A stretch of DNA of 64,000 nucleotides from Eremomyces bilateralis CBS 781.70 (Eukaryota). The DNA is taken from NCBI GenBank assembly GCA_010015585.1, contig ML975150.1; one strand, given 5' to 3'. The notes beneath the pieces are model-generated. The model worked only from the letters and a program-made list of their open reading frames with translations, was not told where the DNA came from and did not search any database. A program made the translations under genes and the position numbers. Position 1 is the stretch's first letter. Each line of letters begins with the position of its first letter. Shown piece after piece: positions 12,333 through 25,757 of this stretch.

Positions 12333-13186
12333 ATGGCTGACCGATTTCCCTCGCTAGAGGACCTCGATTCCGGTATGTCACACTCCCCAACCGACCCTGT
12401 CCCGTATACTGACTGCAGGACCAGCTCCGATCGGCGTTGCTCCCGCGGACTCGTCAGCGTCGAACTTCCTGGACCGCGAACGCGCCGCCCTCGGTGATGA
12501 TGCCGATCAGTTCGCATCTACAAACGACAACATCGCCACCGTCGAAGACGCCGGCGACGACGACCTCCTCGGCGGCGGCGACCACGCCTTTCCCACCGGC
12601 GTCGTCGCGGACGACATGTCTGGCTTCGAGAACAGCTTTCCTGCCATTGACACCACCAACGAGGTATGCTACCCCCAATACCGCCCTATGTTGTCCGCTG
12701 AAGGTCACTAACCGCCCGTCTCAGCACATGGCCCCTGGCGGCACAATCACCGGCACCACCGCCCCCTTCCTCCCCGGCGCCCCCGCCGTGAGCACTAGCA
12801 CCTTCACCGACGAGCCCGAGCCCGAGGTGATCCGCACGTGGCGCGAGACCCGCGACGCCCAAATCGCCAAACGCGACGCGATCTCCTCGGACCGCAAAGC
12901 CACGACCGTCCGCGACGCGCAGGTGTCGATCGACGAGTTCTACGAAAACTACAACACGAAGAAGGAGAAGGGCTTGGCGCAGACGCGGCGGGAGGCGGAG
13001 GAGTTCTTGGAGGGACGGGAGGATACGGCGGCGGGGGGGACGAGTTGGGAGCGGATTGCGAAGTTAGTGGATTTGAGTGGGAAGGGAACGGTAGGGGGAG
13101 CGGGGGGAAGTGGGAAGGAGAGGTTTCGGGAGTTGTTGGTAAGTTTGAGGAAGGATGAGAAGGCGCCGGGGGCGAGTGGGTATTAA
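12333..13186 (+). CDS. CLC1: Clathrin light chain
   Basis: MADRFPSLED...FLDRERAALGDDADQF...EPEVIRTWRE...GGTSWERIAKLVD...APGASGY*; two introns. Confidence 0.95.
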
Positions 13187-13412
13187 ATTCGGAGAGCGGA
13201 CGGGGTTCGAAGGGGAGCGAGAGGGATATGTGTGATATGAGCCGGAGAGACATGGCAATGGAGCGATCAAGGGCTGATTGTAATGTATTTCGTCACCTTT
13301 GTATATCACCGACGTGTCGAGGCGAACCGGTGCATGTGTGGATTTTACCGACGGGAATCGAAAAAGATAGTGTTTAAATTGGGCCTCAGACCGCTTGCTA
13401 CAATGTATATGG

Positions 13413-15386
13413 CTACCGCTTGAATGTCTGCAATGGATTACTTGTCCTCCCTCGCGCACCCGCCGCCTTCTTCGGGCCCCTCCTCCCAACCCTCTTACTC
13501 CTCCTCAGCTCCGACTCCGGCTTCCGCAACCCCACAAACCCAACATCCGCCCCCTGCCCCCGATTCATCCCCTTCGGCAGCAAATACTCCGGCACGTGCC
13601 GCAGATGCGCCTGCACCTTCGCCGGCCGCAACTCCCCATCATGCCTCAGCTGCCGCAGCTCCTCCGGATTCTCCTCGAAATGCCGCTTCAGCTTTTCTGA
13701 CTTCACGATCTCCGTCCGCAGCTCGCGCAGTCGCGCCTCTCGGATCGCCGTGCTGGTGACCGACCGGATCGCGTCCTGCAGCCGGTAGCGGAACCCCGAG
13801 AGCGCCGCCATGTCGAACTGGTAGGGGGAGACCGTCTTGCCCTTTTTCTCCTGGCTGGCGGTGATTTTTTCCAGGACCGCCTCGTCGTTCTCGCACCCGG
13901 CGAACGAGAGAGCTTTTGTCTTGCGGAAGTGTTCTTTCGGGACCACGAAGCTGAGGGCCATGCCGGTTTGGTTGGCGCGCCCGGTGCGGCCGATGCGGTG
14001 GGTGTAGGATTTGGAGGTGCTGGGCAGGTCGAAGTTCAGGACGCAGGCGACGTGCTTGAAGTCGATGCCGCGGGACACACCGTATTCCTTGTCGGACGGA
14101 TGCTTGCTCTTTCGCTTCTTCGACGGGCGGGCTTCGGTGGGTTTCTCACCCTCTGCAGGCTCTGATTTCTGCTCGGCGTCGCCGTTGGTTTCAGTCTCAG
14201 CCTCTTCATCGTCTTCCTTGCCCTTCTGCTTCTTCCTCCCTTCGTTTCCGATCACCTCGTTCTCATCGGCCGCGATGATGATGTCGTACACACCCTTGTT
14301 GAACTCTTCGACGACGTGGATCCGGGAGTTGACCGGCAGTTCCGAGTTCAAAATGCAGCTCTTGATCCCCACCTGCTCAAAGAAGAGCTTCAGACGGTAA
14401 CAGCGATCGATGTCGCCCACGAAGATGATGGACTTGCCCTTGAGGAGCTTCAGTTTGTAGATGGCGTAGGCCAGCAAAAACTTCTCGTCCTCGGCGGACT
14501 TCACCACGTACTGCTGCACCTTGTCCTCATCGTCTTTCTCTTGCTCCTCCAGGTCCAAGATGGCCGGTGCCGCGTTCTTGCAGAACAGTCCCTTCAGGCT
14601 CTCGACCTCCGTGTGGAGCGTGGCGCTCATCAAGAAGGTTTGGACGTCGGTAGGAAGGGTTTTGGAAATCGTCTCCAGATCGGCGCCATAATCATACGAT
14701 AGGATCAAATCCGCCTCGTCAATAACCAGGTGCTTCACTTCGCTGAGCGACAACGCCGAGCTATTGATATGCACCACCGCCCGCCCTGGGGTGGAGACGA
14801 CGATATCTGGCAAGGCCGCCAGACGAGCGCGTTGCACCTTATCATCTTCCTTTCGTGCGATGTTCTCCACGCGGAGAGACTGCGAGCAGAAAGAGGACAG
14901 CGCCAAAATGCACTTCGTCACTTGGGATGCCAGTTCTCTCGTGGGAACCAGGATCAGTGCGGCGGTGCATTTCGACGCGGTGGATGAGGTCGACGACTGT
15001 TTTCGGGCCAGGATGGATTGGAGAATGGGAAGGACGTATGCGGCCGTTTTTCCCGAACCGGTTTTGGATCGTGCTGGAGATTGTTAGCATCCGGACAGAC
15101 ACATGCGGGCAAGGAGTAGGGTACCTAGGATGTCTCGGCTCTGTAAAGCGAGTGGAATTGCGGTCGCCTGGATCGAAGTCGGGCTGGCGTATTTCTCATG
15201 AGCAATGCCCTTCAATAGTCGGGAATCGAAGTTAAACGAATCCCACGATGCAGGCGGAGCAGGCGTGGAGGCTTGGACGATTTCGGTTGCAACTTTCTCT
15301 TCTGACTCGAGATCGGATTGTGCTTCGGCCGGGATCTCCTCGGCGATCACCTCCGGGACGTCTTGTTCGTTGAGCTTCCGCTTCAT
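13413..15386 (-). CDS. DBP9: DEAD-box ATP-dependent RNA helicase Dbp9
   Basis: KTGSGKT, LVPTRELA, DEAD, SAT, HRIGRTGR motifs; Dbp9-like EYGVSRGIDF and HLRHVPEYLLP; one intron near 15080-15125. Confidence 0.95.
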
Positions 15387-16121
15387 GATTGCTTTGGAAC
15401 TCGATATCTCACAGTGGGGTGGTTGTATAATTCTGGTGTAGAAGAGCATTACAACCAAAACGAAATTTCAGATGGATAGGATATGCGCCAAGATTTCGGG
15501 GTCTTCTACTTCATGCCTTAGGTGTCAAGTCCTCCAGCAGGCAGTATCTTTTTCAGGCATCAACTATCCTTGCAATTAGCACGTGATTCCTCCTAGTCAC
15601 GGGGCCACTGTCGGGAGTCACGGTACCTTCGTTGTACCAGCAACTCAGAGTCTCAGGCAAGGCTGCAGCGGAGCGCTAAGGGCGGGGAATCCCGTGGATT
15701 TCAGGCCATTAGGCACCAAGGTCGATCTGTCAGCTGTCGAAATGGCGGCAACCAACCACCGATTGATGCGATGGACAGCAATGGACAGCAAAGGCCACCA
15801 AGGGATCCTCTCCCCCTCCAACTCCGCCTCCCGATAAGCTCCACTTCCTTGGTCCGTTGCTTCGTCAGTGCAGTCATCACCTGCCTTCCCCGTACTCTCT
15901 CTGCTACTTCGCCATCACTATCGACACTAAACTCCCCGTCATCTACTTAACTCGACTTCTCTTCCTCGAGTTCCATCTTCCTTTCTTCTTTAACGCTTGC
16001 CTATCTTCTATCCAACCTCTTTGTCACCTTCTCTTTGTCACTTTCGTTCGTATAGGACCCCCTGCGGTCTCATCCCGAGCTCCGTCGCTCAGCTTGCGTG
16101 GTCGCTACCACCACCAGCACT

Positions 16122-17976
16122 ATGAAGGTCGCTCTCCACCTCCTCCTTCCCCTCCTCGCTGCGGCTTCGCCCATCGTTAACGTCGAGATCGGCACCATCC
16201 ACAAAGATGCCGCTCCCGTGATCTCATCCGTTCATTCCCAGGAGATCCCGAACTCCTACATGGTCGTCTTCAAGAAGCACGTCAAGGAGGAGCATATCCA
16301 GGCACACCAGTCTTGGGTTCAAGGAATTCATACCAAGGGCGAGTCCACTCGCATGGAACTGAGGAAACGGTCCCAGTTGCCCATCGTTGACGAGGTGTTT
16401 GAGGGCTTGAAGCACACGTATAACATCCCCGGCAGCTTGCTCGGGTACTCGGGTCATTTCGACGATGAGGTGATCGAACAAGTCAGACGGCATCCGGATG
16501 TGAGTAACTCGTGCTTCCACAACGTCTCCGTGTTTCGATATCCCTATCTGCTCGTTTCATGTTGTTACTCTCCTGGTAGTCTTGCATGCGTATGGCGGGG
16601 AAGCCGAGCTTCGCCACCTAAGTCCGATAAGCTCCGCCAAGGCAGTCACGCAATCAAGAACCGGACATGGAATTACACCAGTAATAGACTTGGTAAACAT
16701 GTGCTGATCCGATGTTGTACAGGTCGAATATGTCGAGAAAGACTCGACCGTCCACACCATGGAGACCCAGCCGGAGATCGAGAAGAACGCTCCGTGGGGT
16801 CTCGCTCGTATCTCCCACCGTGACAGCTTAGGCTTTGGGAACTTCAACAAGTACCTCTACACCAAGAACGGTGGTGAGGGCGTCGATGTCTATGTCATTG
16901 ACACCGGCACCAACGTCGACCACGTCGACTTTGAGGGTCGTGCACACTGGGGCAAGACCATTCCTTCCGGTGATGACGACCGCGATGGCAATGGTCACGG
17001 AACTCATTGCTCCGGTACCGTCGCCGGCAAGAAATACGGCGTTGCCAAGAGTGCCAACGTCTACGCCATCAAGGTGCTTCGTTCCAACGGCTCCGGCAGC
17101 ATGTCCGACGTGGTCAAGGGTGTTGAGTTCGCTGCCGAGCAGCACCTCAAGCAACTCAAGGCCGCGAAGGATGGCAAGAAGAAGGGCTGGAAGGGCTCCG
17201 CCGCCAACATGAGCTTGGGCGGTGGCAAGTCCCCCACTCTCGACATGGCCGTCAACGCCGCCGTCGAGGCCGGCATCCATTTCGCCGTCGCCGCCGGAAA
17301 TGACAATGCCGACTCCTGCAACTACTCCCCCGCTGCCGCCAAGCTGGCCGTCACTGTCGGTGCCTCCACCCTCGCCGACGAGCGTGCGTACTTCTCCAAC
17401 TACGGCAAGTGCAACGACATCTTCGCTCCCGGCCTCAACATCCTCTCCACCTGGATCGGCAGCAAGTACGCCGTCAACACCATCTCCGGCACCTCCATGG
17501 CGTCTCCTCACATCGCCGGTCTCCTCGCCTACCTACTGTCTCTGCAGCCCAGCAGCGACTCCGGCTATGCCGTCGCGGCGATCACCCCCAAGCAGATGAA
17601 AGCTAACCTCATCTCTATCGCCACCGAAGGTGTCCTCGACGATGTCCCCAGCGACACCAAAAACGTAAGTACCCCCTTCCCCCATCCCATAACCGTCTAA
17701 CCCTCCTAGATCCTCGCCTGGAACGGCGGCGGTGCCTCCAACTACTCCGACATCATCGACGGCGGCGGCTACGACGCCCGCACCGCGTCCCTACCCACCG
17801 TGGGCTCCCTCCCCCCCTCCCACGGCCTCAATGCCGAGGCCGACGAATACCTCGATCTTCTCGGTCACCGCGTCTCCTCCGGCGTCACTGGGCTCGCCGA
17901 CCGGTTCGAGAAGCTGGGTGAGAAGATCGAGGGACTCGTCGAGGAGGAGCTGAGGGAGATCTTCAGCTCGCATTAA
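16122..17976 (+). CDS. PRB1: Vacuolar subtilisin-like serine protease (cerevisin/proteinase B, PepC/Alp2 type)
   Basis: Signal peptide, I9 propeptide, catalytic IDTG / HGTHC / GTSMAS; introns ~16500-16722 and ~17665-17709. Confidence 0.95.
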
Positions 17977-19360
17977 GGTGAAATTACTAGCATGTGCCGT
18001 ACATCGGTGTCGGATCGTCAATCGGGCTTGGTTCCGTGTGGAGCGACATCGATGAGATCTAGATACCATTTGCTGGACAATTGTCACCAAGCACAGCGTA
18101 CCAATCGGCGGTATTCCATATGAATAACACTTGATCAAAGTGCGTGTGTGGCGTATGAGGCCACAGGCTTCGGGAGGGAGTGCAGGTGTCGGTCATGAGG
18201 ATCATGGGGATCGCCATTTCCTTTCCATGTTGGGAGTCTTTTTGGGAGTCTTGGGTTTCGTATATCATCGCAATACAACTATGGCTTCTTGAAACATGTA
18301 TGCTTGCTTGCTCTTTATGCTGGTGATTTTCTAGGGACTTCCAGTTCTTGTCTACTTGGGCCACTTGCCCACTAAATCAAGGCACTTTGGTTAACATCTA
18401 GTATCTTAGACAAAACTTTGGGGTATGGTCAAACCAAGGTCCTTTTGATCCGCATATCTCATCATTCATGCAACCAACCATCCAATTCCAAGAGCGTGTC
18501 AGTGAGTTTGACTCCTTCGTTCCCCATACCTAAAAACCGCTTCAATCCGCCGTCCTGAATATTCATCCTTCACCCACATGCCACCCTCAACGCATCGCCC
18601 CCGACTTACTTCCATCCACCCGTCACACAGATGCAAACTTATTTTAACCTCCATCCAACCTATGCGAATTCTTGAGCCAATGCTGCTATTGTCCGTATCT
18701 TCACCGCCACTTCAGATCTTGTTTTTCAGTCCGATCAGTGCGATCCAATGCGGCAGACACCTGTATTTGCTACCATGTCATTCCCAATGAGGTCTGGCTG
18801 TCTTCCCATTGCAGATTTGCTTTCCGATGTCCCCAGTTTTCGCCTGGGGGTTCCTTGAGGTCGTGGCAAGGTCCTACCTATAGACTCATACGTAGAGGTC
18901 TGCTCATGCCTTTCATTTCCGTATCTAACACGGTTCATTCTGTCCCAAGGGGACTGGTTCCACTGGGCCGGAATCTACCCTCCAGTAGATCTCCCCGTAC
19001 CGATCAAGTGACCCTCCCAGTCCCATTGCCGGCTTGTGGATGATATGCTGTCTCCTTCTCTCATATTTCCCGGATGCTAGTGGAGAAGTCCTCCTCCACG
19101 AGGTGTATCCTCAGCACCCGGAATCCCGTTTCGACTGTCCCTCCCATCCCCCGCCCCTCCGCCATGCCATGCTCGGCCATCGTATAGCATGCGGGTACTC
19201 TGGCCCCTCACCCGGGTCCTCAACCCCTCCTACCCCCCTCAACTTCCTCTAGTGAATGGCTATAGCGACTTTGGCGCCCGCGGCTAACCGGGCAACATCA
19301 TGTGGCTTCCTCAAGGTTCCTATGTGTTGTAAATCATTGCCTAACACGCAACCGGGACCC

Positions 19361-19368
19361 TATAAATA
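19361..19368 (+). promoter_or_regulatory. TATA box (TATAAATA) followed by a CT-rich tract
   Basis: Consensus TATA upstream of a pyrimidine-rich leader and a run of spliceosomal introns. Confidence 0.55.
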
Positions 19369-19522
19369 TGACCCCCTCCCTTGTCTAAAAACAACCCTTA
19401 ACTTCCTTCTCACCACTTTCTCTTCTCCTCTCACTCTCCTCGCCCACCCACAAAGTCCGAAATTCATTCGACTTCCAACCGAAACCCATCATCGCCCCCC
19501 CTCTTCTTTATTCTGTTTATTC

Positions 19523-20230
19523 ATGCTCGCTGCTGCTAGATCTACTCCTCTCTCACGGTATGTATAGTGCTTGATGAACTGTGGTGCTGACTTCTACAAC
19601 AAAGACCCGTCCGTCCTCGCGCTGCCGGGGGCCCGTGTGCTCGTCCAGTCTTTCCCAAATCTTTGTACGATATAGGTGCCCATCAGGGTAAGTCACTTCC
19701 CCTTCCCCTTCTCCTTCCACTGTAATGAAATCTCATTCTTGTAACATTTGCTGATCGTGTGATGCGCAACAGAGCCTCGGAAAACCCACTGCAAGGGGAG
19801 ATTCGTCTCCCTAGCCGATAAAGGACTGGCCTTTGGGTCAGCCCATGATCCTCGGTGAGTGACTTTTGTCCCCTCTTCATTCCTCAAAATGCGTTGGACA
19901 TGACTGACTTCATTCGTTTGTTTGGCTTATCATATAGACCTCGTCGCCGCTGTCCTCATTTCCATCCTCCTCCTCCTCACCCACCCTCCCGGTAAGTTCT
20001 GAAATTTTCTTATTGCCTATGTTCCTTGCCCTCCAGCAGCAGTGAAGCCTGCCCTCGATCTCGATGAATTTTGAACTTGATGAATTTTCAAAGGTGAGTA
20101 TCCTCCATCTCCTCTACCTTTTCTACTGACACTGCTAGTATTCCACTTTCTTGCAGAATACTGACTTTGCATTGTGAGGAATTTTGGGGTGGGGTTCCTG
20201 GTTTCAGTGGTTTCAGCACATGGTGAGTTT
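19523..20230 (+). other. Predicted multi-intron transcript (small ~94-aa Arg/Pro-rich ORF or lncRNA)
   Basis: Six canonical donors (GTATGT 19558, GTAAGT 19688, GTGAGT 19855, GTAAGT 19992, GTGAGT 20094, GTGAGT 20223), most with branch sites and AG acceptors. Confidence 0.5.
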
Positions 20231-20705
20231 TGGGAAGCACCTGCGCTCCAGTTGATCTCTCACATCTCTTCACTGGTATATGTAGAAATCCTTCATAGCG
20301 GAATCTGAATTTAGAATCCCCTTTGATCTGACTCCTGAAATTTAAGTGACCCCGATGTATCAGTTGCGGAGGCGTTTGTTGCCCCAGTAGTGTGTTCTCG
20401 TTTGTCGTTCTGCAGGTATATCCATACTTGTTTGTCGTTATGATGACAAACCTCGTCGTGAGATCTTTTTGCACTTCAGCTTGCCCTCTCAAACGTATAA
20501 AATGATACAATTTGCCTTCAATCCAAAAGCGTTTTCTCCCAATGGCAAGTTCACCCACATCGGTGTGCGACTGCTGGCAGAGGACTGACAAAATGGAAGT
20601 TCGATGATGCCATGACCAAGGAGCATGACCAATCTGACAGCTGCTGGGGCCTGTCACGCTACACGGCCATGGAGAGAAGGGCACTCATCTCGCATGATGA
20701 TTGTT

Positions 20706-20960
20706 ATGGCCTCCTAGTCGTGGCGTATATGGATATGGTGGGTGGATTGGACAATCATAGCCTCCTAACCATGCAGTATAAGAACTCGGTGAGCAGACTT
20801 GTCAATTCATTTCGGTTCTATGCTGACCATGCCTAGCATAGGAGCCGGATGAACAGATTTGACATTTATAGCCTCCTATTCATGGCATGTCCGAACATCG
20901 TGAGTTGGCTTGTCAACGCATTTCAGTTACAGGCTGACCATGCCTGGAACATGAGTCTGG
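20706..20960 (+). repeat. Degenerate tandem repeat (51-bp partial unit plus two ~111-bp units)
   Basis: ATRGCCTCCTA starts at 20706, 20757 and 20868; shared GTGAG..CTTGTCAA..CATTTCRGTT..GCTGACCATGCCT in the last two units. Confidence 0.8.
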
Positions 20961-23630
20961 CTACTTCCGTTGAATCAATCTGGACCTCGCATGGGCGGGG
21001 GATTCATCGGGTTCAAAGTGTGGAGAGTCGCCAAGAATGCTTGAGATCAGGTTCTTTGTGGCGCGGGGATAAGTCGACTGGGAAGGGAGTTTGTGGAGGT
21101 ATACGCTATCCTCATGTGAAGAACTCGAAATCTTCGATAGCAGCTGCTTAGGAACAATCCCGTCCCCTCGAACGAGTCCCGTTCATCCACTGACGTGAAG
21201 GTCGCGAGCTATACCACCCAGTTCTGGATGATTCGAAGAGAATCGCATCCAGCGATAGCGGCTTTCTGGAGGAAAAGGTCCAGTTGCGAAGATGTCGAAG
21301 AAGCTAGCTGCGACACCCTTCATGCCCTCTACATTTTCATCTCCCCTCTTTCCGAAACCTTCGAATTGCTAACGCATTCCCTCGACCCATATTTGAGGCC
21401 CGACTCGCCCAGGATGCGTTCAGTCGTGCGGCCGAGCTGGACTGGACGAAGCTGACCAATTTTCACTATTGGGATGGTTCTAGCTAACTAGTCGCATGGG
21501 AAGTCGCCGATGCGCTACAATTAGCAAAATAGAAACTGGATGGGAAGAAATTCGATACCAACATTAAAGGGAAAAGAGACTAATCATGGATGATGAGGGT
21601 CCGGCTGTGAAGGTGGCGAGGAGGATATTTTCGATATCGACGAGAGACGCTTTCACGCGATTCGACCCGTCGCTGGGAGGAAACCCGTCTAGACCCCTTG
21701 GACAGTCTCCACGATCTGCGGCGGCCTATCGCGCATGCCACCGAGTAAGGAACCTCTCTTGGCTCCAGAGCTTGCAATTGACTGACTCCAATAAAAGCAA
21801 GGCCACGGTCGCGACAACAAGAGCAGATATAACCTTTTTTCCTAGCTCTTATCCTGTATCCGAACGAAGCAAGTTCACTTTGAACTTCATTTTCACCTCC
21901 ACGGTTTCCTATTCCAAACTCACTTCGCTCTTCTGAGACGTGCACCGACGGCGAGATGAGCGACGATGGTGACAACGCGAGCCGCATTCGCTTGGACAAT
22001 AACCTCAGCTACGACGGCACCACCGCAACCGGTCGATTCGAAGGCGAGTGGTAGTTCCTCAACGCACAAGCACAGCATCAAGACCAAAAAAGGATGTTGT
22101 TCCCTCGGTCGGTCAGTATGGCGTTCTCTGGTCGGCCCAATCAGACATGTCCGGGTGCCTTTTTCAAAATACCTCTAGAATTTTGACAGGATGATGGGTT
22201 CCGATTACAGAGAAGGGTTGTTACTTGTATATAAAACTAGAAAATCTGGAGAGCTGCCCACATGCATTGCCATTCTCGACGATGCGATCAATCAGTACGG
22301 CATCCGGTACGATCTCCCTCAGTGCCGTAGGTACCTCGTTTCCGCGATAGGACAAGGCGGGACCAACTTCCGCATATCCTGCCGCGTCTCAAGGCTATCC
22401 CGCCGGAGCTCATTGTAGCCACTTAAAGACACAAGTATATATCTCCCAGGGATTGGATAGACGAACTCATCGCAACAGAAGGCGCAAATGTATTTTCTGG
22501 GGAGACTTTGAATCATTTATAAACAGAAGAGCAAGAGACGCAGACGGAATAATGCGAGACAAGCAAGTATATTTAGGAACCGTTTCTCCCGGCCAAGCCC
22601 TTGGAGATGCGAATGCACTGTCGCTCCAAGTCTTGCCCATGCCGAGACGGGTCGAGTCCCGGGTCGATGGCCTTGTCCAACGAAATCTTAAATGGCAAAC
22701 TGGTCAGTCGTCGTGATCGGCGAAGAGACACGGTTGTCTCGATGGTCATGTATATTCTAGGTCTCACGAGCATGGCAATTCGGCATTCCTGCTACCGCTC
22801 GGGCGATGACAAGGCCTTTATTGTCATCGTAGGAATCGCTCTCACGAGTTGGAGCCATCGCGATTGTCTCCGGCTGGCGGTAAGATGTCGAAGAGGGATT
22901 GGGTGAATGTACAGGAGATGGGGTATGCTTCCTAAGAGATATGACGAGTGTCGAGTGGGAAAGATATATTTACAATATATACCATACTAGGCGATGGGAT
23001 GTACAGATTACATCGACTAGCTCTTATTGATGGGACTCGCGAACCATTCGCACGCCACCTATTTCAAATCTACCGAGATAGAGATATGTTTGTCGTTCCC
23101 TAACGTCTTCAGGACCTGCATTGGTATAGACAATCACATCAGAAAGAAGTGCTTCCCATGAACTTGCCGAGACAAAACGGTGAAGTCATGGACCAACTCA
23201 TTTATGATTGGAGGTTTGTAGAATTGCTCTAGCGAACTGAGAGGCGATACCGGAACCAATCCGGTCATTAATATCCACATCTGGGGAGAACGATAAGACC
23301 AGCCTCAAGGATTTGATTCCATAATCCGTGGAGTGGGGTTGTCGTTGTTGTGGAGATCCGATCTGCTAAAGAATTATTAGCGGTTTCCCCATCCGCCATC
23401 CCCCCATCCCCCCATCCCCCGCATACTATCTTCAAGCATTTCCCGGCATGACCGAGGGATGCCGCGTCGGATTAGCGAACGGATCGTCGTGCAGATGGAG
23501 GTAAGTGCCTGAGTAACTTCGTAGATTGATTTCTTTTTTCTTCCTCTACTTGTCTCTGTTCCGTTGAGTCCGTTTGACCAAGTATTTGTTCTTAAATTTG
23601 TGAATCTGTTCGCTTCAATTGCATACCAAA

Positions 23631-25522
23631 ATGGTCATATTCAAGTCAAAACAGCCGGAAGTCCATGGTACATGAAGCCTGCAGAGATTATTGTCGTCCC
23701 CTACAGCTCATATAGACTAACCATGTCTCTTGTGTAGTCCCGACGGATCTCACGACGTGGGACTGGTTGTTCGATTCCGAGTATTCTCCAATATTCCGGT
23801 ATCCTGCGTTCGAGCAAGCCGGATATCAGAATGCGGTCACAAAAGAGCGTGTATCATGGCAGGAGGTGAAGGATTACTCGACCTACGTATCAACCGCCTT
23901 GGTTAAGAAGTATGGGTTACAAGAAGGGAATACCGTTGCGTTGTTCAGCCAGAACAACGTCTGGTACCCGGTTGCAATGCATGGCGCGGTCCGCGCAGGT
24001 ACGCTTCCAGGCTCTCACCAATGTAGACTGCCACTGACTAGGTTGCAGGAGCCAAAGTCTCTGGTGCATCTCCGGCTTATAATGTAGAGGAGATGTCGTA
24101 CGCGCTGAAAATTGGGCAAGCCAAGTTCCTCATGACTGCTCCGTCATCGATGGAGGTAGCCGTAGCTGCCGCTAAGAACGCTGGCATCCCGAAGTCTCAC
24201 ATCTTCCTCCTTGAGGGGAATCTGGATGGATACTCAACCATACATGACTTGATCGCAATCGGCAAGAGTTATGGCGAGAATGGGCAAACTCCTGCGTTCA
24301 AAATCCCAGCCGGAAAGGAGAACAAGGATGTGTGCGCATTCTTGAGCTTCAGTTCTGGGACTACGGGATTGCCAAAAGCTGTAAGTCACAGCTATCCAAG
24401 GATGTGTGTCTGGAGTAGTACTGATTAAAGTAGGTTATGATTGCGCACCAGAACGTCATCGGACAATGTACGCAAATACAACAGATAACACCAGTGGATC
24501 AAAAGAAATCTCTTGCCATATTACCGCTCTTCCACAGTAAGATTCAGTTATTTCAGATATAAGAGTTCAAGCTAATCGTGTTAGTCACTGGTCTCGTTCA
24601 TGGCCTTCATCTTCCAGTGCTATTGAACGCAGAAGTCATTATGTGCCCAACGTTCACAATGGAAGCCATGCTCGATACTGTCGTCGAATACCACTTAAAG
24701 GAGCTTTTGCTAGTTCCACCTATCCTCATCCGCATGGTTCGAGATCCTATCGTGGACAAGTACGATCTGAGACACCTGACCCGCTTCTCCTCCGGCGCAG
24801 CGCCGCTCAGTGAAGAGATCATCCAACAACTGGCGAAGAAGTTCCCGGGAACAGGCTTCAAGCAAGGCTACGGCATGACCGAAAGTTGCTCGTGCATCAC
24901 AGCCCATCCCCCGGAGCTCTACGACTACAAGTACGCGCACACCGTCGGAACCATCGTCGCCAACACCGAGGTTAAGATCATCAAGGAGGACGGAACCGAA
25001 GCCACCTACAACGAACCGGGAGAGATCCTCGCTCGAGGCCCGCAGGTGGTCATGGGATATCTAGACAACCCCAATGCCACGGCCGAAACCTTCGACGCGG
25101 ATGGCTGGTTGCACACCGGCGACCAGGGCGCCATCAACGAGGAAGGGATCATTACGATCCTGGACCGCATCAAGGAAATGATCAAAGTGAAGGGAATCGG
25201 CGTTGCGCCGGCCGAGCTCGAGGATCTGTTGCTCGGCCATGAGAAGGTCGAGGACGTTGCCGTGCTTGGAATCCGCGACGACTATGCTGGCGAGCTGCCG
25301 AAGGCGTTCGTGGTGCCTAAGCCGGGCGTGAAGCCGTCACGGGAGCTGGCTCTGGAGTTGATGAAATATGTCAAGGACAACAAGGTCCGGTATAAGCAAG
25401 TCAAGGTGGTCGAGTTCACCGATGAGATTCCGAAGAGCGCCAGTGGGAAGATCTTGCGGAGAGTGCTGAGAGATGCGGGCGACAGGGGCTTGGTGGTCAA
25501 AGACGAGAAGGCTAGATTGTAA
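23631..25522 (+). CDS. Peroxisomal AMP-dependent acyl-CoA ligase (4-coumarate/phenylacetyl-CoA ligase-like)
   Basis: FSSGTTGLPK, QGYGMTE, LHTGD, PKSASGKILRR; C-terminal PTS1 ARL; four introns. Confidence 0.93.
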
Positions 25523-25757
25523 TGGACACGATCTTGTACGAATCATAGGAACCAAACCTTGGATTACAATCCCCTTTCCTAGCAGCTCCTTACGAAAGTC
25601 AATATTTCAATAGTTCATATTCGGTACATGGTCAGATGCTCGCTAATACCCAAACATCAAAACGCCTCGCGCAAGACTAGTTGTCTAATCGCCATGCCCC
25701 AGTTCGGCCTTTTTGAGCCCCATAAACGCCAGTGGTAGGAATGATCCAACGTCCGCC

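Noticed and set aside
16828..17511. 227-aa antisense ORF over PRB1 (similar ones over RTT103, RPB5, the LDI gene and OXP1)
   Set aside because: Shadow ORFs produced by strong C/G-ending codon bias in the real genes; no independent motifs
19558..20160. Intronic box C/D snoRNAs (TGATGA...CTGA in intron 1)
   Set aside because: Boxes are only ~8 nt apart and the introns are 45-85 nt; the CTGA is the branch site
21100..22950. Short ORFs suggesting a decayed gene
   Set aside because: Could not assemble a consistent spliced frame or recognise a domain
18100..23500. Telomerase RNA or other structured ncRNA in the long ORF-poor interval
   Set aside because: No TAACCCTAA-like template or recognisable RNA family motif found by eye
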